A stretch of 52,779 nucleotides of DNA from a virus (Duplodnaviria; Caudoviricetes): the IMG/VR virus record IMGVR_UViG_3300020020_000039, positions 1 through 52,779 of that record; one strand, given 5' to 3'. Position numbers and translations under genes: made by a program. Each line of letters begins with the position of its first letter. The stretch's first letter is position 1. This document shows, piece by piece, positions 47,923 through 52,779 of this stretch. The notes beneath the pieces were generated by a model. That model was not told the DNA's origin and did no database searches. It saw nothing but the letters and a program-made list of their open reading frames with translations.

Positions 47923-48171
47923 ATGAAAGAATTTATTAAGTCATTATTCAGTGATAAAGACGGGTCAATAAGCAGCAAACGGTTTGTAATGTTTTCGCTC
48001 GTTATAACCTTTATTATAGTAGTCTTCGTTAACCTAGCCACCGGTAAATCGCTAAAAGCGACACTCGAAGACCAACTCTACTATTTAGTAATCTATGTTC
48101 TTGCTACCATATTCGGCGAAAACATAGCGGATTTATTAAAAAAGAAGTTTGGCAACAATGATCCTAAATAA
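47923..48171 (+). CDS. Putative holin
   Basis: Two TM helices, SSKR motif, basic C-terminus. Confidence 0.65.
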   Translation: MKEFIKSLFSDKDGSISSKRFVMFSLVITFIIVVFVNLATGKSLKATLEDQLYYLVIYVLATIFGENIADLLKKKFGNNDPK

Positions 48172-48260
48172 ATGAAGCTCCGTCGTGACAGTACAATTTT
48201 TCTTATAGTAATAATTATAATTATTCTACTGAACGGTAATAAATGTTAAAACTAAAACCA

Positions 48261-48830
48261 ATGAGATATCTATTAATTATTATTCTCTTCGCCTCTTGCG
48301 TCAACCAGAAAAAGGTAACAAGGTGGCTCGACGAAAACGAAGTAGAGGCTGCGAAGTATTGCGCCGATGAATTTCCCGTAAAGGAATCCGTTGATACTAC
48401 TTACAAAATAGACTCAGCAGCTTATAACGAAGCGTACAATGAACTATTAAAGTACGTAGATAGTTTGCTTGGCGTCGTTGAAAGTAAACCAACTGAGAGG
48501 TTAGTTTATATCACTACTGAAGGGAGGATTAGAGAAATCAACATGGACTCTTTACGCAAAGCAGTCACAGCACAGGTTAAAAAAGCAATCAGGCCGTGTA
48601 TTGACTCAATTAAGTACGTGACTAAAGTAGTTGAGAATACTGCGAGGGTACGGCAATTGACCTTAGAGCTAGGGACAAAAGATCAAACGATTTCTAAGCG
48701 AGATCAAACAATAAGCGATCAGGCAAAGACTATCAAACAAAAAGCACGTTGGGTCTGGTACTTCTGGTTACTAATAGCTCTTATCGCAGGGTACGTCTTT
48801 GTAAAGATCAGATTCAAATTACCAATATGA
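48261..48830 (+). CDS. Candidate unimolecular spanin
   Basis: Lipobox MRYLLIIILFAS-C and C-terminal TM WVWYFWLLIALIAGYVFV. Confidence 0.65.
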   Translation: MRYLLIIILFASCVNQKKVTRWLDENEVEAAKYCADEFPVKESVDTTYKIDSAAYNEAYNELLKYVDSLLGVVESKPTERLVYITTEGRIREINMDSLRKAVTAQVKKAIRPCIDSIKYVTKVVENTARVRQLTLELGTKDQTISKRDQTISDQAKTIKQKARWVWYFWLLIALIAGYVFVKIRFKLPI

Positions 48831-49156
48831 TTTGGCTAATTATCATACCGGTATTAATAGTAATCCCCGGTTTTATATCGGCCTATATGGTCGAAAAAGA
48901 CGGCGTTGACGAAAAAATATACATAGGTTCAGAAACATTAAAACACATAAATATGGAAAAGAAATTCAATGGTATCGCAGGTATTTTATTTATACTGGCA
49001 AACCTCATCGGAAGTTTTGGCAGTGTCTTCTGTTTTATTCTCGCTGATTACACAAACACATCTGTTTTATGGTATGTGATAGGAGCAGTATTAGGACTTG
49101 GGTTCCTCGGTTTTTGGGGTTCTAAATTCCTCGGAGGCGGGAAAAGCAAAAGATGA
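48827..49156 (+). CDS. Membrane protein
   Basis: Three hydrophobic segments. Confidence 0.6.
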   Translation: MIWLIIIPVLIVIPGFISAYMVEKDGVDEKIYIGSETLKHINMEKKFNGIAGILFILANLIGSFGSVFCFILADYTNTSVLWYVIGAVLGLGFLGFWGSKFLGGGKSKR

Positions 49157-49647
49157 TTTTCACCATCCACAAAGGAAAGCATATATCCAAACCAAGAAAG
49201 TTTTCTTTCTGGTGGGGACGTGATGCCTTTAGATGGAACGTTTTATTCACTCCCTCTTGTCGGTATGACTTAAAGTCTATAGATCAATTAGACATCAACA
49301 AACTTGTTGGAGTTGGCTATCTACCAACTCACCACAGAGAGAGTGCAAGATTCGGATGGAGGTATAATAGCAAGAACGACAGGATAGAAGTGTTTGCTTA
49401 TTGTTATATCGGAGGTAAAAGAGTAACAAGATTAATAGATGATTGCGAGATAGGTAAGGAATATTTTCTGAATCTTTTTATTAGTTACGACAGATACCAG
49501 TTTTCAATATCCGATAAAGCGCATGTTTTCTCAGGCGAGACAATTAAGAAAACTCACAACAAGAAATTCCAGTATCGGCTAGGAACTTATTTTGGCGGTA
49601 ATGAACCAGCGCCGCAAGAAATCAAAATACAAATTAAGGCAGTATGA
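49153..49647 (+). CDS. Hypothetical beta-rich protein
   Basis: DINKL.G...SARFGWR...YFGGN..AP. Confidence 0.7.
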   Translation: MIFTIHKGKHISKPRKFSFWWGRDAFRWNVLFTPSCRYDLKSIDQLDINKLVGVGYLPTHHRESARFGWRYNSKNDRIEVFAYCYIGGKRVTRLIDDCEIGKEYFLNLFISYDRYQFSISDKAHVFSGETIKKTHNKKFQYRLGTYFGGNEPAPQEIKIQIKAV

Positions 49648-50108
49648 TGACAGATGAACAAATAATTGCAAAGTACGGAGCGGCGGGGGACGAAAACAAT
49701 CTAACGTTTATTCAACTACCGTACCCAATGCGAATAGCTTGGGATTTAGGTAAGACGGTAACCAGAATGCAATGTCACAAGCTGGTAGCTCCTGGTTTCG
49801 AAGAGGTGTTTGATCATTTATTACAACACTACGGGCTAGATAAAATAAAAGAGTTGGGAATTGATCTGTATGGAGGCTGTGTGAATTTTAGATTAATGAG
49901 GGGAAGTAAAACGAAATGGTCAAGACATTCCTGGGGAATTGCATTAGACCTAGATCCTGCTCGTAATGGGTTAAAGACAAAGAAACCAATTGCCCAATTC
50001 AGCAAACCGGAATATACAGCGATGACAGAAATTTTCTACATGAACGGTTTTATTGGGTATGGTAGAGAAAGAGATAATGATTACATGCACTGGGAAACCG
50101 CATCATGA
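49644..50108 (+). CDS. Endolysin, peptidase M15 family
   Basis: SRHSWGIALDL and DYMHWE zinc motifs. Confidence 0.9.
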   Translation: MMTDEQIIAKYGAAGDENNLTFIQLPYPMRIAWDLGKTVTRMQCHKLVAPGFEEVFDHLLQHYGLDKIKELGIDLYGGCVNFRLMRGSKTKWSRHSWGIALDLDPARNGLKTKKPIAQFSKPEYTAMTEIFYMNGFIGYGRERDNDYMHWETAS

Positions 50109-50341
50109 AAACCCTAACCCTTATACTAATCATCACAGTAGTTATTTACTTAACAGGATGTCATTTAGTTTATCGGGGATGTATGGGGAATATAAAAGGG
50201 GTTCATTATTACGAGTACTACGGATCTTTTACCTATAGAAACAAAGAGTTTAAGGTTTTCCAATGCCGGGAGAAGGACGCTAAAGATACATTTCCTAATT
50301 ACCGGCTATTTATAAAATCAAAACAAGCTCATGAACGGTAG
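50105..50341 (+). CDS. Putative lipoprotein
   Basis: MKTLTLILIITVVIYLTG-C. Confidence 0.6.
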   Translation: MKTLTLILIITVVIYLTGCHLVYRGCMGNIKGVHYYEYYGSFTYRNKEFKVFQCREKDAKDTFPNYRLFIKSKQAHER

Positions 50342-51083
50342 ACGAAGATTGTTTTTCGACATAGAAGTCAGTCCCAATATCGGCTACTTCTGGAATCCGG
50401 GCTACAAACTAAACATCGGTTACGAGAATATAATTAAAGAGAGAGCTATAATCTGTATCTGCTATAAATGGGAAGGAGATAAGAAAGTAGAATTTGTTAG
50501 GTGGGATAAAAAACAGAACGATAAAAAGCTCCTTCAGGATTTTATTAAAGTCGCTAACGAAGCTCAGGAAATGATAGGTCACAACGGAGATAAGTTTGAT
50601 CTGGCATGGATAAGAACAAGGTGTTTATTCCATAAGATTGAAATGTTTCCAAGTTACATTACCGTTGACACGTTAAAGGTTGCTCGGTCTAAATTCAGGT
50701 TCAACTCAAACAGACTCGACTACATAGGCAAGTTTCTAGGACTCGGCAAAAAGATTCACACCTCTTTTAGCTTATGGACGGACATAATGAAGGGGAGCGA
50801 GAAGTCAATGGATAAAATGGTTAAGTACTGTAAGGGAGACGTGGTACTGTTAGAGAAGATTTACGCTGAAATGAAGAATCATATTGATCCTAAGTTTCAC
50901 TTTGGTAAGGCTTTGTTACAAGACAAAGGATCTTGCCCTGAGTGCGGGAGCGATGATTTAAAGTCAGCTAAGAAAAGATACACAGCAACAGGGCAATTAA
51001 AAATCCAGTATCAATGTAACACCTGTCACAAGTTTCATACTAAGAGTGATAAAGAAGAGAACAAAAAAGGAATTAAAAAATAG
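50331..51083 (+). CDS. DEDD/RNase H-like 3'-5' exonuclease with Zn ribbon
   Basis: FFDIE, GHNGDKFD, YCKGDV; CPECG...CNTC. Confidence 0.85.
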   Translation: MNGRRRLFFDIEVSPNIGYFWNPGYKLNIGYENIIKERAIICICYKWEGDKKVEFVRWDKKQNDKKLLQDFIKVANEAQEMIGHNGDKFDLAWIRTRCLFHKIEMFPSYITVDTLKVARSKFRFNSNRLDYIGKFLGLGKKIHTSFSLWTDIMKGSEKSMDKMVKYCKGDVVLLEKIYAEMKNHIDPKFHFGKALLQDKGSCPECGSDDLKSAKKRYTATGQLKIQYQCNTCHKFHTKSDKEENKKGIKK

Positions 51084-51086
51084 AGG

Positions 51087-51317
51087 TTGCAAACTGAAAC
51101 CACAATGAATAAAGTGATAAAGTACATTAAGCGTACCACCAAAGGATTGACCCCTTCAGAAAGAAAAATGTATGTCGATAGAGTAGCGGATTACTTCAGG
51201 AGGGAATCAATAGACTATGTAAACGGCAAACCGATACAAGTAGAGAAAGATGTTGATTTAATAGCCGAGGTAATGTTAGATAAGGATGAAGACCCTACGG
51301 GGGCGCTAATCGAATGA
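51087..51317 (+). CDS. Hypothetical protein
   Basis: ORF in operon. Confidence 0.55.
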   Translation: MQTETTMNKVIKYIKRTTKGLTPSERKMYVDRVADYFRRESIDYVNGKPIQVEKDVDLIAEVMLDKDEDPTGALIE

Positions 51318-51634
51318 TAACACCTCTACTCATATTATTTCTCAGCTGTGACACGATACCGAAAGCTAGTGTTTGGATAGAAGATTACAAAGACCCGTAC
51401 ACACTAGCTAACTATTATTTTGTTAATGGTAGCGTGTCGCAAAGAGTCAGCAAAACAGTATCGGTATCTGCTCTCCTCTGGTTCGGCGTTTACGATTTAA
51501 AACAGACATGGGTTTATAAGAATGTAAATATTGACTTGAGGAAAAGAAAGTGGCTATTTGAGTTATCGGTTAACCCTGAGAAAGCGGACGAATATAACCA
51601 AGCGGTTTATTTGACGGCGTATTTAAACTTTTAA
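51314..51634 (+). CDS. Putative lipoprotein or outer-membrane protein
   Basis: LFLS-C; C-terminal YLNF. Confidence 0.55.
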   Translation: MITPLLILFLSCDTIPKASVWIEDYKDPYTLANYYFVNGSVSQRVSKTVSVSALLWFGVYDLKQTWVYKNVNIDLRKRKWLFELSVNPEKADEYNQAVYLTAYLNF

Positions 51635-51636
51635 CT

Positions 51637-51885
51637 ATGGCAAAAGATGAAATAACAGAACAAGACCTCGAAGATGGCGAGGATATGATCGAGATCACCC
51701 CTGCTTCACCGGCAGAGGAAGTTGCATGTTGCTACAATGCTATTTGCTCCGTCGAAGATGTGGATATGGAGTTAATCAGCGAAGCCGACCAAAGAAGGGT
51801 GCGGGAGATTAAGAAATATTCCCTTCGAATAATCCACAAGCATATTAAAGAAATGTACGAGGAGAACTTTCCGAAAGCTGAATAA
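51637..51885 (+). CDS. Acidic hypothetical protein
   Basis: ORF in operon. Confidence 0.65.
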   Translation: MAKDEITEQDLEDGEDMIEITPASPAEEVACCYNAICSVEDVDMELISEADQRRVREIKKYSLRIIHKHIKEMYEENFPKAE

Positions 51886-52388
51886 TGGACGCAATAGTGG
51901 CATTTATAACGCAGTTTTGGGCCGATCTCATGCCGTTTAAAATTATACTATGGTATGAGAGAGGGGCGTTTCTTCGTCCCGGTAAAGAGCCTAAATTGAT
52001 GATGCCAGGATTTTATATGAAGTGGCCTTTTTACGACACCGTTTTTGATTGCATTATAACTCCAGACACTTTAGTTTGTAAGCCATCGCATATAACAACG
52101 CTTGACGATAAGACGGCTGTAATAACTCCGGTAGTTGATTACGAGATAACAGATGCAATGAAGTTTATGATATTTAATAACGAGGCTCGTTCAAACTTCC
52201 ATGATACCGTAATGGGTATAACGTCAGAGGTAGTAGTTGGAATCGTTTGGCCTGAGTGTCGCAATAAATCCACAAAGACAGAGATTAAAAATAAGTTGAA
52301 TAAAAAAGCTGATGATATGGGAGTTAAGGTTAACACGATTTACTTAAAAGATATTGCTCTGTGCAAACTTATTATTACGAAGGTTTAG
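51885..52388 (+). CDS. SPFH/band 7 domain protein
   Basis: YERGAFLRPG...PGFYMKWPF...ITTLDDK...GVKV. Confidence 0.8.
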   Translation: MDAIVAFITQFWADLMPFKIILWYERGAFLRPGKEPKLMMPGFYMKWPFYDTVFDCIITPDTLVCKPSHITTLDDKTAVITPVVDYEITDAMKFMIFNNEARSNFHDTVMGITSEVVVGIVWPECRNKSTKTEIKNKLNKKADDMGVKVNTIYLKDIALCKLIITKV

Positions 52389-52433
52389 GTTCTGGTTTTT
52401 TCTCATGCAGTGGTTTGGTTTTTTGGTTTTATC

Positions 52434-52473
52434 CCGGCAAGGCATGTTTATGCGCAAAAGCCGGATTTTTTTT
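52434..52473 (+). terminator. Terminator ending the late operon
   Basis: CCGGC/GCCGG stem plus T8. Confidence 0.65.
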
Positions 52474-52507
52474 ATTGCGGTACGAATATTTTTCATAATT
52501 TGCATCT

Positions 52508-52573
52508 ATGAATTTATGTCAACATACATGGCAATTCCAGTTTACCATCGGTAGCGGAGTGTTGTGTATGTAA
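52508..52573 (+). CDS. Attenuator leader peptide MNLCQHTWQFQFTIGSGVLCM
   Basis: 21-codon ORF overlapping alternative RNA structures upstream of the tRNA cluster. Confidence 0.75.
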   Translation: MNLCQHTWQFQFTIGSGVLCM

Positions 52574-52623
52574 TAGAATAAAAAATATTTCATAACGATG
52601 CCCCGCTAAATGCGGGGTTTTTT
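52522..52623 (+). promoter_or_regulatory. Ribosome-mediated transcription attenuator of the tRNA operon
   Basis: 1:2 = 52522-38 with 52556-71; 2:3 = 52552-65 with 52595-608 (13 of 14 pairs incl. G-U); 3:4 = GCCCCGC-UAAAU-GCGGGGU plus U run. Confidence 0.8.
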
Positions 52624-52653
52624 GTTTTACGTTAATAGTTCGTCGTGAGCTAA

Positions 52654-52779
52654 AGAGAAGTGGTTTGGACGCCGGAAACGGTGGGAAGCAATTCCCCCAC
52701 TTCTCTAATTACGGGGCAGCTTATGGAAGCGGCAGGTCTCCAAAACCTTGTATGGAAAGAGTTCGATTCTCTTGTCCCG
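52654..52779 (+). repeat. 126-bp terminal direct repeat, right copy
   Basis: Identical to 7-132. Confidence 0.95.

Larger units (their letters stand above)
1..52779. mobile_element. Complete temperate tailed phage genome (siphovirus-like, probable Bacteroidota host)
   Basis: Integrase, attP, CI/Cro, replication, terminase, portal, capsid, tail and lysis modules all present; terminal overlap closes the circle. Confidence 0.95.

Noticed and set aside
52354-52554. 66-aa ORF
   Set aside because: Crosses a terminator and promoter-like motif; the 21-codon leader in another frame explains the region better
52654-52779. Terminal repeat as a physical DTR or attL/attR pair
   Set aside because: It cuts through tRNA-Trp, its length fits a de Bruijn overlap, and a separate attP lies next to the integrase
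1-52779. CRISPR array, diversity-generating retroelement or stop-codon recoding
   Set aside because: No repeat-spacer array, reverse transcriptase or suppressor tRNA seen; genes are intact in the standard code

Overview
The window is an apparently complete, circular ~52.6 kb temperate siphovirus genome. Positions 7-132 are repeated at 52654-52779. The host is probably in Bacteroidota, judged from TAnnTTTG promoters, Q-rule signal peptides and an arm-type integrase. Gene order: tRNA cluster (Trp, Cys, Phe, Gln); attP resembling a tmRNA/tRNA-Ala 3' end; tyrosine integrase; lysogeny genes and a CI/Cro switch; recombination and replication genes; many small accessory ORFs; terminase, portal, protease and HK97-type capsid; a glycosyl-/methyltransferase island inside the head module; tail genes; three signal-peptide-bearing tailspike/fibre-like proteins; lysis genes. 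The main observation spans the circular junction. A 21-codon leader peptide with a full 1:2/2:3/3:4 attenuator lies directly upstream of the tRNA operon, and its control codons (Cys, Gln, Trp, Phe) match the four downstream tRNAs. This suggests a tRNA-depletion-sensing switch for the phage tRNAs. All calls come from reading motifs by eye; no searches were run.
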